Part shown: positions 15,925 to 23,878 of the stretch, piece by piece
Layout: each line of letters begins with the position of its first letter
How positions within the stretch are numbered: position 1 is the first letter of the stretch
The notes under the pieces: model-generated
Databases searched by the model: none
Seen by the model: the letters and a program-made list of their open reading frames with translations, nothing else
What the model was told of the DNA's origin: nothing
Assembly: GCA_900299275.1 (NCBI GenBank)
Contig: OMJE01000023.1
Coordinates: 1-36,619 of the forward strand
DNA from: a bacterium
Lineage (GTDB): Bacteria; Patescibacteriota; Minisyncoccia; Phycocordibacterales; Phycocordibacteraceae
Length of the DNA stretch: 36,619 bases
Reading direction: 5' to 3'
Position numbers and translations under genes: made by a program

Positions 15925-16989
15925 GTGGCAAAAAACTTTCTAGTCCTTTCAAAAACATACAGAAATGAGACATCTGAAGAGGAGCGCATAATCGACGGTG
16001 TGGTTGCCGGGTATTTGTCAGACACATACCGTCTTCTAAGAGGTGAATCAAAAATTCTGAAGGTGGTGCTTACAGAACTTGGGTATGATTTGACGCCTGC
16101 ACAGATGAGCGCACGCATTCGCAGGTTCAGTCTCGCTTACTCTTTGATGAAAGGAGTAAAGAGCCGGCACGCCACGGATATGCGGTGTGCTGAGCGGCCT
16201 CATTTTATCTCTGCGCCATACCGCGCACTTCGGGCCGATGGGATCACGACCTGGAACCAGGTCTGTGAGCTCCTCGAGTCACAAGATGCATCGCAGGCGC
16301 AAGTCGAAACGGGGCACGAGACGGCGAGTCAGGCAGAGGTTCGAGGTTCGGGACCGCTGCCCGCACAAAGCCCAATGAAAGGCTACGTGCTGGTGGTGAA
16401 GTCCGAGCTCGACGCCCTCATCGCGGAACAGGTGACCCTGCGCCGTGAGGTGAAAGAACTCTCCGAGCGTCTCATGGCGCTCGAAGAGCGTCAGACGGCT
16501 CTCGAGCCGGTGGCGGTCGATCTCGTGAGCGTTCCCGCGCTCGTTGAAGCGGCAGAGACCACCGAAGCTGCGCCAGTGCAGGTGACAAAGCCGACACTGC
16601 CGCCGAAAGCGGAAGTGAAGGTCACAGCACCTGCCACGCCGGTGGTTGAGGACATCTGCAGCAAGCTGCCGAAGACCTCAAGCTATCGCGGTGTGACGCG
16701 ATCGGTTCGTTACGCCAAAGCCTTCCTTGGAAGGTTCAAGCGTATGGATCCGTTCGCGCAGTCGCAGATCATCAAGGCGGTCACAGCGATCGCCGAGAAC
16801 AAGGTCAGTGGCGGCTTGCAGGTGAAGCCGCTCACGCCGCCGAACCTGGCGCGTGAGTATAGCCGAGACGCCGTGTACTCGGCGCGGGCTTCGAAGAAGC
16901 TGCGTCTCTCCTTCGAACCGTCCAGGATGGAGCTCGTCTTCCACGATCTGCTCTCGAAGGGGCAGATGAAGAAGACCAGCGAATTCTGA
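15925..16989 (+). CDS. hypothetical protein: unknown N-domain, coiled coil, Pro/Ala/Val-rich linker, RelE/ParE-like C-terminal domain
   Basis: GTG start with an SD. Coiled-coil segment LDALIAEQVTLRREVKELSERLMALEERQTALE. The C-terminal ~100 aa (YAKAFLGRFKRMDPFAQSQIIKAVTAIAEN...VYSARASKKLRLSFEPSRMELVFHDLLSKG) follows the RelE/ParE pattern by eye. The gene is GC-richer than its flanks. Confidence 0.65.
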   Translation: MAKNFLVLSKTYRNETSEEERIIDGVVAGYLSDTYRLLRGESKILKVVLTELGYDLTPAQMSARIRRFSLAYSLMKGVKSRHATDMRCAERPHFISAPYRALRADGITTWNQVCELLESQDASQAQVETGHETASQAEVRGSGPLPAQSPMKGYVLVVKSELDALIAEQVTLRREVKELSERLMALEERQTALEPVAVDLVSVPALVEAAETTEAAPVQVTKPTLPPKAEVKVTAPATPVVEDICSKLPKTSSYRGVTRSVRYAKAFLGRFKRMDPFAQSQIIKAVTAIAENKVSGGLQVKPLTPPNLAREYSRDAVYSARASKKLRLSFEPSRMELVFHDLLSKGQMKKTSEF

Positions 16990-16999
16990 ACGGCACTAC

Positions 17000-17032
17000 G
17001 GGCCGGAGTTGCGAAACTCCGGCCCGTTTCTT
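17000..17032 (+). terminator. rho-independent terminator
   Basis: GGGCCGGAGTT-gcga-AACTCCGGCCC-GTTTCTT. Confidence 0.6.
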
Positions 17033-17061
17033 ATATGCACAGTGTATGTGATAGACGCTAT

Positions 17062-17077
17062 TAGAACGAACGTGCTA
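17062..17077 (+). promoter_or_regulatory. candidate LexA operator (imperfect palindrome TAGAAC-GAAC-GTGCTA)
   Basis: The GAAC-N4-GTGC core resembles the Gram-positive type SOS box GAAC-N4-GTTC. It ends 11 nt upstream of the lexA-like ATG. Confidence 0.4.
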
Positions 17078-17088
17078 ACATAGTTGGT

Positions 17089-17652
17089 ATGGACGCGGCA
17101 CGGGAAAAAATCGCTCATTTTTATAAAACAAAAAAACGCATGCCGTCGTATGCTGAAATTGCTGATCTCCTCGGATACAAAACAAAAAGTGCGGCTGCCT
17201 ATGCGGTCCGTCGTCTCTTGTCTGATGGTGTTCTTACAAAAGATGCCACGGGCCGTCTTCTTCCCGGAAAGCTGTTAGGTGATCTGAAAGTGCTTGGTCT
17301 GGTGGAAGCCGGGTTCCCATCGCCGGCCGAAGAGGAGTTGCTTGATGTGATGAGTTTGGATGATTACCTCGTTCCAAACAAAGAATCCACCTACATTTTG
17401 AAAGTGAAAGGCGAATCGATGATCGACGCGGGCATTCAGGAGGGTGATATGGTCATTGTCGAACGTCGCCAGACGTACAAACCGGGGCAAATTGTCATAG
17501 CGTCTGTCGATGGCGAATATACCATCAAATATCTGCGCAAGGAGCGTAATCTCTACTACCTTGAGCCAGCGAATTCAGCATTCAAACCTATTTATCCTAA
17601 AGAGCGCCTCATGATCGAAGCCGTGGTGATAGGCGTGGTGCGCAAGTACTAG
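17089..17652 (+). CDS. lexA: LexA-family repressor (wHTH + S24 peptidase domain that is strongly UmuD-like)
   Basis: The N-terminal PSYAEIADLLGYKTKSAAAYAVRRLLSDGVL matches the LexA DNA-binding domain. The C-terminus has EAGFPSPA (cleavage region), KGESMIDAGIQEGDMVIV (Ser nucleophile) and VDGEYTIKYL (Lys). Confidence 0.8.
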   Translation: MDAAREKIAHFYKTKKRMPSYAEIADLLGYKTKSAAAYAVRRLLSDGVLTKDATGRLLPGKLLGDLKVLGLVEAGFPSPAEEELLDVMSLDDYLVPNKESTYILKVKGESMIDAGIQEGDMVIVERRQTYKPGQIVIASVDGEYTIKYLRKERNLYYLEPANSAFKPIYPKERLMIEAVVIGVVRKY

Positions 17653-17653
17653 T

Positions 17654-18961
17654 ATGTCGTGGGGTGTGTCCACATCGTTTCCGCGCGCCATATTGCATAT
17701 CGATGGTGACGCGTTCTTTGCCTCTTGTGAGGTGGCCAAGAATCCTGCGCTACGTGGAAAACCGGTCATTACAGGCAAGGAGCGCGGCATTGTGTCCGCA
17801 TGCACATATGAAGCAAAAGCGCGTGGCGTGAAGCGCGGTATGACGCTTGTTGAGGTGCGCCGAGTGTGTCCCGATGCCATCATCCTGCCGTCGGATTACG
17901 AGACGTACAGTTTATTTTCACTACGTATGTACAATATCGTGCGCCGCTATACGCCAGCAGTGGAGGAATACAGTATTGATGAATGTTTTGCCGATCTCAC
18001 GGGGCTGCGCCGTTCACTTCGTATGTCATATCCAGACATCGCCGCACGCATCAAGCACGATCTTGATCATGAACTCGGTATGACATTCTCGATTGGTCTT
18101 TCGGCCACGAAGACCCTCGCGAAAATAGGTTCGAAGTGGAAGAAGCCATCGGGTCTCACGGTGATACCGCTCCGCACGGCTGACTCTTTTTTGCGCGATA
18201 CGCCTGTACAAAATGTGTGGGGCATTGGGCCAAACACAACGGCCTATCTGAACAAATTCGGTATTCGTACGGCGCAGGATTTCGTGCGCATGAACGAGGC
18301 GTGGGTGCGCGCACATCTCTCTAAACCGTTTGTAGAGACCTGGCAGGAGCTTCGCGGCGAAGTGGCGTATGAACTCTCGCTCGATGGGCGTGAGACGTAT
18401 CAATCTATAAGTAAGACCAAGACCTTTACGCCGCCGTCCACTGATCCGTCCTTTGTGCTTGCGCAACTCTCAAAAAATATCGAGAACGCCTGCATCAAAG
18501 CGCGGCGCTGGGATCTTGCTACCGATAGAGTGTGCGTTTTTCTGAAGACGCAAGAATTTCGCTATTATACCTGTGAGGTGCGCCTACCGCGTGCGACGGC
18601 ACTGCCGCATGACATTCTGCGCGCGATTCGTCCGCACGTACCTGCGCTTTTCAAAAAAGGCACCAACTACCGGGCTACCGGCGTCGTGCTGCTCAATTTA
18701 TCCGAACAAGGCGCAGTGCAGCTCGATTTGTTTGGTGCAGTAGAAAAAGCAGAGGCGCTCACGAATGTCTTTCGGAGTGTCGATGATATGGCGCGGAAAT
18801 ACGGCAAGCATGCCGTATTTCTCGGATCAAGTTTAGAGGCAATAACCTTTGGTGCGCACGTGGGTGAACGCGGCGATGTGACTGACCGCGTGAAGAATCT
18901 TTTTAGAGGAGAGACGAAGCGCCGCCGTCTTGGATTGCCAATGCTTGGGGAAGTGCGTTAG
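17654..18961 (+). CDS. Y-family DNA polymerase, UmuC-like (DinB/UmuC family)
   Basis: LHIDGDAFFASCE, GKPVITG, YEAKARGVKRGM, SDYETYS, EEYSIDECFADLTG, SATKTLAKIGS, VWGIGPNT, ELRGE. It starts 1 nt after the lexA-like stop. Confidence 0.85.
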   Translation: MSWGVSTSFPRAILHIDGDAFFASCEVAKNPALRGKPVITGKERGIVSACTYEAKARGVKRGMTLVEVRRVCPDAIILPSDYETYSLFSLRMYNIVRRYTPAVEEYSIDECFADLTGLRRSLRMSYPDIAARIKHDLDHELGMTFSIGLSATKTLAKIGSKWKKPSGLTVIPLRTADSFLRDTPVQNVWGIGPNTTAYLNKFGIRTAQDFVRMNEAWVRAHLSKPFVETWQELRGEVAYELSLDGRETYQSISKTKTFTPPSTDPSFVLAQLSKNIENACIKARRWDLATDRVCVFLKTQEFRYYTCEVRLPRATALPHDILRAIRPHVPALFKKGTNYRATGVVLLNLSEQGAVQLDLFGAVEKAEALTNVFRSVDDMARKYGKHAVFLGSSLEAITFGAHVGERGDVTDRVKNLFRGETKRRRLGLPMLGEVR

Positions 18962-19749
18962 GTGAGTAGCACGCCGCCATCCACTACTACTTGCGAGCCA
19001 GTCATATAGCTTGCCATCGGCGAAGCAAGGAAGAGGGCAACTTTACCGATCTCATCCGGCTCGCCAGAGCGCTTCATCGGTATGCGCTCGGCAAATTTCT
19101 TTTTAATTGCATCGAGTTCAGGTGATGATGGCTGACCTACGCCCGTGCCCGGTGTGGCAATGCTACCAGGCGCAATCGCATTTACCTGAATGTTATACGG
19201 CGCAAGTTCGAGAGCAAGATTTTTCGTGAATCCCCAGACGCCATGCTTCGATGCGTCATACACAGCGAGACCAATGCCCGAAGGATGCAGTGCGTCGATG
19301 GAGCTGATGTTGATGATACGTCCGCCGCGGCCCTGCTTCACCATCAGATCAGCAGCTTCGCGGCTAAAGAGCATGAGTCCTTTCAAATTGAGTCCGAGCA
19401 CTTTATCGATGGTTGCCGTGGGCAGACCAAGTACCGGTGCCATCGGATAGACACCGGCGTTATTTACGAGAATGTCGAGACCGCCGTAGGTGGTCTGTGC
19501 AAAAACAATGGCCGCCTTGATGCTTTCTTCATCCGAAGCATCAGTTTTTACGAATGCTGCTTGATACCCTTGGTCCGTGAGATCAGCTGCTGCCTTGGTA
19601 CCAACTTCCTCATTAAAATCTGCTATGACCACGTGTGCGCCTGCTTCCGCGAGTCGAGAGGCAATGCCGAAGCCGATGCCCATAGCACCGCCCGTCACAA
19701 TGGCACTCTTGCCCGAAAGATCGATAAGTTGTTCGTGTGTAGGTTGCAT
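18958..19749 (-). CDS. SDR-family oxidoreductase (FabG/glucose dehydrogenase-like)
   Basis: TGGAMGIGFG cofactor motif, NNAG, and the catalytic YDASKHG (YxxxK). Started at ATG 19749. The track ORF extends to GTG 19797. Confidence 0.85.
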   Translation of the reverse strand: MQPTHEQLIDLSGKSAIVTGGAMGIGFGIASRLAEAGAHVVIADFNEEVGTKAAADLTDQGYQAAFVKTDASDEESIKAAIVFAQTTYGGLDILVNNAGVYPMAPVLGLPTATIDKVLGLNLKGLMLFSREAADLMVKQGRGGRIINISSIDALHPSGIGLAVYDASKHGVWGFTKNLALELAPYNIQVNAIAPGSIATPGTGVGQPSSPELDAIKKKFAERIPMKRSGEPDEIGKVALFLASPMASYMTGSQVVVDGGVLLT

Positions 19750-19829
19750 AGTAATAACCGCGTCACTGTATGAAAAATAATGATAGGGCAGTGACACGCG
19801 TATTGTACCGCACCCTAAGATGCGAGACG

Positions 19830-19862
19830 AAAAATGGGCTGACCCCGCGAAGGGTCAGCCCA
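19830..19862 (-). terminator. rho-independent terminator of the HNH gene
   Basis: On the minus strand: TGGGCTGACCC-ttcgcg-GGGTCAGCCCA-TTTTT. The HNH stop codon lies inside the stem. Confidence 0.6.
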
Positions 19863-20232
19863 GGAGAGTGAGGGGCGGCGAACGAGAACTGTTGCAGTCG
19901 TAGCACGCCATCACCAGGTTGTCGGGATGATCCGCGCCGCCGTGACATTTCGGCAGCACGTGTTCGATGGTCGCGCCGGTGGGGCCATACCTCGTCGTAC
20001 GAACGCCACAGTAGCAGCAGCGCCAGTTTTGAGCCTCGGACAGTCGAGCGAAAAGCTCACGCCCAAGATGAAAACCGCGCCAATTAAAGTATCCCTTCCG
20101 ATCAAGTACCGCATCACTGCACGCCCACGCGAGCAGGATATCGAACTCATATCCCTGCAGATCAGGGTGGACTCTTTGAAGCGCACAGATGAGCGCTTCT
20201 TTGTGCACGTGCGTAAGCGCTCTGTCGAGCAT
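19855..20232 (-). CDS. stand-alone HNH endonuclease
   Basis: CCYCG...EHVLPKCHGGADHPDNLVMACYDCN (HNH with CxxC...CxxC zinc site). GGAGGT SD lies 8 nt upstream of the ATG. The gene is markedly GC-richer than SET2 next to it. Confidence 0.75.
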   Translation of the reverse strand: MLDRALTHVHKEALICALQRVHPDLQGYEFDILLAWACSDAVLDRKGYFNWRGFHLGRELFARLSEAQNWRCCYCGVRTTRYGPTGATIEHVLPKCHGGADHPDNLVMACYDCNSSRSPPLTLLG

Positions 20233-20336
20233 TTCGTGATACCTCCGCGAAATACTCTACTAGCGATTTACGGAAAAGCAAGCTGGGCAATGAGTTGCAG
20301 ACCGTATGATGGTGTTCTGGGATCTCAAAAGGTCTG

Positions 20337-20765
20337 CTATTTTGCAGGTGCTTTCTCTAGACATCTATCGCATTTGCAGCCCTTCGGTTTGATGTGACGA
20401 TTAAAATATTCTTTGCCGTAATCATAGGTGAGCTCTTCTCCGGCCTTTATTTTGCGTCGCGAAAAAATAAATATGTGCCCACGGGGTCCAATGGCTTCGC
20501 AGTTGCCGCGGCACGAGTGATTGATATAGCGCGCCGTGTTTTCCTTGATGTTGCCGTCGATGGTCTTGTTTGGCGAAAGTTCGAAAAGATATTTACCCTC
20601 GTCTTGCGCTGCCTTTTCTTCGCTTATCGGCTTCCCGATGTATTCGATGATGCATTTGTCTTTTGGAATGTCTTCGAGCGTGAAGAGGCCTTTACCAGTG
20701 CGAGACTTTCCGACGCGAAGTTTGTAGCCGCCCGGAGTATATTTGGAAATTCGTTTTGAGGTCAT
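20337..20765 (-). CDS. small SET-domain protein (bacterial SET type, putative lysine methyltransferase)
   Basis: GKGLFTLEDIPK, RYINHSCRGNCE, GEELTYDYG and the post-SET CKCDRC motif. Started at ATG 20765. The track ORF starts at GTG 20792. Confidence 0.8.
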   Translation of the reverse strand: MTSKRISKYTPGGYKLRVGKSRTGKGLFTLEDIPKDKCIIEYIGKPISEEKAAQDEGKYLFELSPNKTIDGNIKENTARYINHSCRGNCEAIGPRGHIFIFSRRKIKAGEELTYDYGKEYFNRHIKPKGCKCDRCLEKAPAK

Positions 20766-20771
20766 CAAGGC

Positions 20772-20800
20772 ATTGTTAGGGATAGAGTGCACAAGGTCAA
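20772..20800 (-). promoter_or_regulatory. promoter TTGACC-17-AACAAT, with the -10 box 6 nt upstream of the SET2 ATG
   Basis: On the minus strand: TTGACC (20800-20795), a 17-nt spacer, AACAAT (20777-20772), 6 nt, then ATG at 20765. Confidence 0.45.
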
Positions 20801-20803
20801 TAG

Positions 20804-20838
20804 GAAAACCGCCGAATCGAGTGTTTCGATTCGGCGGT
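20804..20838 (-). terminator. rho-independent terminator of the deaminase gene
   Basis: On the minus strand: ACCGCCGAATCGA-aacac-TCGATTCGGCGGT-TTTCC (13-bp perfect stem). Confidence 0.6.
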
Positions 20839-20846
20839 GGTGTCTC

Positions 20847-21374
20847 TTAACGGCACAGCATCACGAGCGGATTATCAGCAGGCCACGCCTTACTGTTCTC
20901 CTTCTGTGCCGCAAAAAACCGATGCATAAGGATCATCGATTCATCGCGCCGCACGCCGCCAGAGAGTTCAGGCAGTTCCTTTCGGAAACGCGCGGGCCGC
21001 TTGGGCGACGAGAGCAGATAGCTCCCGCCACCATACGGATCCTCAAGTCCGTACACGATGCGCGAGACACGTGTCGTGAGAAGCATTGCCATGCACAGAA
21101 TGCACGGTTCGAGTGTTGAGTACACGGTCACGCCATCGAGATCACGCGGACCCTTGCGGCTCCAGAGCGCCTGGTAGCAGCCATTATGCTCAGCGTGATC
21201 GAAGCGCGCGTGCACCATCCCGTTTTTCGTGCCGGAGGCAATGATCCGGTCACGATGTACGAAGATTGCTCCGACCGGCATCCAGCCGTTCTTGAGCGAT
21301 GTTTCCGCATTTTCCAGTGCCAGGTCCATGTACAGCAGGTCATGCTGCGTGGCGAGCGATTGTCTTTTCGTCAT
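20847..21374 (-). CDS. CMP/dCMP-deaminase-fold zinc deaminase (TadA/nucleoside deaminase-like)
   Basis: HAEHNG and TLEPCILCMAML (the HAE...PCxxC zinc site). AAGGAG lies 7 nt upstream of ATG 21374. Confidence 0.8.
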   Translation of the reverse strand: MTKRQSLATQHDLLYMDLALENAETSLKNGWMPVGAIFVHRDRIIASGTKNGMVHARFDHAEHNGCYQALWSRKGPRDLDGVTVYSTLEPCILCMAMLLTTRVSRIVYGLEDPYGGGSYLLSSPKRPARFRKELPELSGGVRRDESMILMHRFFAAQKENSKAWPADNPLVMLCR

Positions 21375-21425
21375 TAAAGAACTCCTTTGTAGGGCGTTTC
21401 CCACGTGATACTACCGCATGTGCGG

Positions 21426-21464
21426 CAAAAGAAAACCGGTCTCATCGCGTGCGATGAGACCGGT
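21426..21464 (-). terminator. rho-independent terminator
   Basis: On the minus strand: ACCGGTCTCATC-gcacgc-GATGAGACCGGT-TTTCTTTTG. Confidence 0.65.
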
Positions 21465-21471
21465 ATAAGGA

Positions 21472-21825
21472 TCAGTGCTCCTTGAGATTGGCAGCGGTTT
21501 CCGCAGACTCGCCGGGAACCGCGTAGACGATGAAGTCAGTGCCGATACGGAAATCGTAGATCTCACGATTTACATCCGGGTAGACCTCGCCGATCTCGTC
21601 CAGCAGGTAGCCGTACATGGCGTTCTGTGCAAAGACTTCGACGATCGTGGTGTCATCATGCTGTTCCCCCGCGAGTTCCTGCGAGAGAGCAAAATAGGGA
21701 ATCAGGTATGCCGGCAGAGGGCCAATGCGCAGCGCCCCGGAGCCGACTTCTTCGAACGTGACGTCGTGATCTGCGTAACGCAGCAGGTTGCCGAGAGCCT
21801 CAGCAACACGATTTTTTTCGCTCAT
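21472..21825 (-). CDS. hypothetical acidic cytoplasmic protein (117 aa)
   Basis: AGGAGG (21836-21831) lies 5 nt upstream of the ATG, and the gene has its own terminator. It has no TM segment or signal peptide. No family recognised. Confidence 0.6.
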   Translation of the reverse strand: MSEKNRVAEALGNLLRYADHDVTFEEVGSGALRIGPLPAYLIPYFALSQELAGEQHDDTTIVEVFAQNAMYGYLLDEIGEVYPDVNREIYDFRIGTDFIVYAVPGESAETAANLKEH

Positions 21826-22055
21826 AGATGCCTCCTAGGTTTACTTCTGCACACGACACTAGCACAAACAATGTATTGTATCCAGAAATTGATAGCAAAA
21901 GCCGCATAAGAGTTACCTTTGCATTAGACCTTGGTCCGAGCGAGCGCGTGTTGTTTGGTCTTAGTCATCACGGAGCTCTGAGGTGTTTCTGTTGCGAATG
22001 TCAAGCCGTTGCGCATAAGTATCTGCTAGAATATATATGACTCGTGTAATAATGT

Positions 22056-23027
22056 ATGGCCCTGATTGAAATCAAACACCTCACAAAAAAATTCGGTGAT
22101 TTTACCGCCGTTAATGATGTGTCGCTCGAGATCCGCGAGGGGGAAATTTTCGGCCTGCTCGGTCCTAATGGCGCTGGTAAAACGACAACACTATCTATTT
22201 TGGGCACGCTCCTGCCACCAACGAGCGGTACGGCAATTATTGATGGTCACGATGTGGCCATGCACCCGACGCGCGTGAGGCGGAGCATTGGTTTTGTTTT
22301 TCAAGACCCTAGCTCTGACGATCTGCTCACGGGGCGCGAAAATCTGTACTTGCATGCCGTCATGTATGGTGTGCCCTGGAAGGAGATACAAAGCCGGATC
22401 GATGAAAGCTTACGCCTCGTGGATCTGACTGATCGACAGCATGTGCGTATGCGCAAATATTCTGGCGGTATGCGACGCCGGCTCGAACTAGCACGAGGTT
22501 TTTTGCATAAACCAAAAATCATGTTTCTCGATGAGCCAACGCTTGGCCTTGATCCACAGGGCAGAGAAAATCTCTGGCATTACATAAAAAAATTATCAAA
22601 AGAGAATCACATCACCATCATTTTGACGACGCACTATATGGAAGAAGCCGATGTGCTCTGCGACCGCGTCGGCATCATCGATCAGGGAAAGATCATTACG
22701 CTCGATACGCCCGCTAATCTGAAACAAAGCATGGGTGGAGACGTAGTCACGATCGAAACAAAAAATGCACAGATTTCGGCATTAGAGCAGAAGCCCTACC
22801 TACAGCATCTGACGTATACTAATGATCTGTTGCGTCTCACGGTCGATGACGTAAGTGCGCACTTGCAAGAAATTTTGTCGCTGGCAGGCACTGCAACGCA
22901 CATTGAATTTCATGCGCCAACCTTGCACGACGTCTACATGCGCCTCACGGGCAAGCGTCTGCGAGACGCGGCAGGCGATGCGGAAGGTGGGTGGATGACG
23001 CGGATGATACATTCGGGTACCCGATAA
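22056..23027 (+). CDS. ABC transporter ATP-binding protein (ABC-2/DrrA-type)
   Basis: Walker A GPNGAGKTT, Q-loop, signature YSGGMRRR, Walker B IMFLDEPT, H-loop TTHYMEEA. TGCTAGAAT extended -10 at 22024-22032. Confidence 0.9.
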   Translation: MALIEIKHLTKKFGDFTAVNDVSLEIREGEIFGLLGPNGAGKTTTLSILGTLLPPTSGTAIIDGHDVAMHPTRVRRSIGFVFQDPSSDDLLTGRENLYLHAVMYGVPWKEIQSRIDESLRLVDLTDRQHVRMRKYSGGMRRRLELARGFLHKPKIMFLDEPTLGLDPQGRENLWHYIKKLSKENHITIILTTHYMEEADVLCDRVGIIDQGKIITLDTPANLKQSMGGDVVTIETKNAQISALEQKPYLQHLTYTNDLLRLTVDDVSAHLQEILSLAGTATHIEFHAPTLHDVYMRLTGKRLRDAAGDAEGGWMTRMIHSGTR

Positions 23028-23031
23028 CACT

Positions 23032-23811
23032 ATGAGACGACCATACGCCATTCAAGAATTACGAGGATTGTACGCGATCTGGTATCGAGAATTGTTGGTA
23101 TTTATGCGCGAGCCATCGCGCCTCGTTGGCTCCATCATTCAACCACTCCTGTGGCTTGTCATATTTGGTACGGGATTGGGTTCGATTATTGAGCCTGGTG
23201 CAGTAAGCGGTGCAAACTATCAACAATTTTTGTTTCCCGGTATTCTCGTGATGACCATCCTTTTCGGGTCACTGTACTACGGGCTGTATATCATACTCGA
23301 TAAGCGTATTGATTTTCTTAAAGAGGTTCTCGTTGCGCCATTGCATAAAAGCACAATGTTTTTTGGAAAAGCGCTTGGCGGTTCTACGGACGGATTGTTG
23401 CAGATCGGCATGTTGCTCATTCTAGGACAGCTATTTTTTGGTATTCATCTGACGGTTGCATCCACCGTGCTTACGCTCTTTGTGGTGACGCTCCTTTTGC
23501 TTGGCGTAACGAGCCTTGGTCTCATGATCGGTTCGCTCATGGAAAGTCCTGAAGGATTTGGACTCATCTCAAGCTTCGTTATTTTTCCGCTTTTCTTCTT
23601 GAGCGGCGCTTTGTTTCCGCTCAGCAATCTGCCACTGTGGCTCAAAAATATCGTTGTGCTAAACCCCGTTTCATATGCTGTGGATGCCTTGCGTACGATA
23701 CTGCTCGGCATCACAAATTACGGTCTGCCATTTGATCTCCTTGTGCTCCTCTCATTTACGGTATGTACCGTGTCGGCAGGTACCTGGGCCTTTAGCCGAT
23801 TGAAACTTTAA
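23032..23811 (+). CDS. ABC-2 type transporter permease
   Basis: Six-TM protein 4 nt downstream of the ATPase gene. N-terminus LYAIWYRELLVFMREPSRLVGSIIQPLLWL is typical of ABC-2 permeases. Confidence 0.85.
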   Translation: MRRPYAIQELRGLYAIWYRELLVFMREPSRLVGSIIQPLLWLVIFGTGLGSIIEPGAVSGANYQQFLFPGILVMTILFGSLYYGLYIILDKRIDFLKEVLVAPLHKSTMFFGKALGGSTDGLLQIGMLLILGQLFFGIHLTVASTVLTLFVVTLLLLGVTSLGLMIGSLMESPEGFGLISSFVIFPLFFLSGALFPLSNLPLWLKNIVVLNPVSYAVDALRTILLGITNYGLPFDLLVLLSFTVCTVSAGTWAFSRLKL

Positions 23812-23832
23812 TACGCATGCTCATTGCAAATG

Positions 23833-23870
23833 AAAACCGCCCTCCAACGGTTTTCGTTGGAAGGCGGTTG
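23833..23870. terminator. hairpin terminator between convergent genes (better U-tract on the minus strand)
   Basis: AACCGCCCTCCAACG-gtttt-CGTTGGAAGGCGGTT (one mismatch). On the minus strand it is followed by TTTTCATTT. Confidence 0.5.
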
Positions 23871-23878
23871 CGTGCTCG

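Noticed and set aside
15447-16118. 223-aa minus-strand ORF spanning the end of HK3 and the start of the 354-aa gene.
   Set aside because: It is antisense to two genes that have clear motifs or signals. It crosses the consensus promoter and has no start-site signals or family features.
19243-19773. Long antisense ORFs inside well-supported genes. This one lies in the SDR gene. Others are 3823-4341 in mltG, 33550-33990 in rseP, 36223-36576 in mreB2 and 401-871 in GT2.
   Set aside because: They have low-complexity, Arg/Ser/Cys-rich translations typical of antisense frames. They lack initiation signals, and the sense-strand genes have strong family motifs.
20847-21825. Reading the deaminase and the upstream acidic 117-aa protein as a toxin/immunity pair.
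   Set aside because: A strong terminator (21426-21464) separates the two genes. The order (acidic gene first) is atypical for such pairs. The deaminase has no toxin-delivery or secretion domain and looks like a TadA/nucleoside-deaminase housekeeping enzyme.
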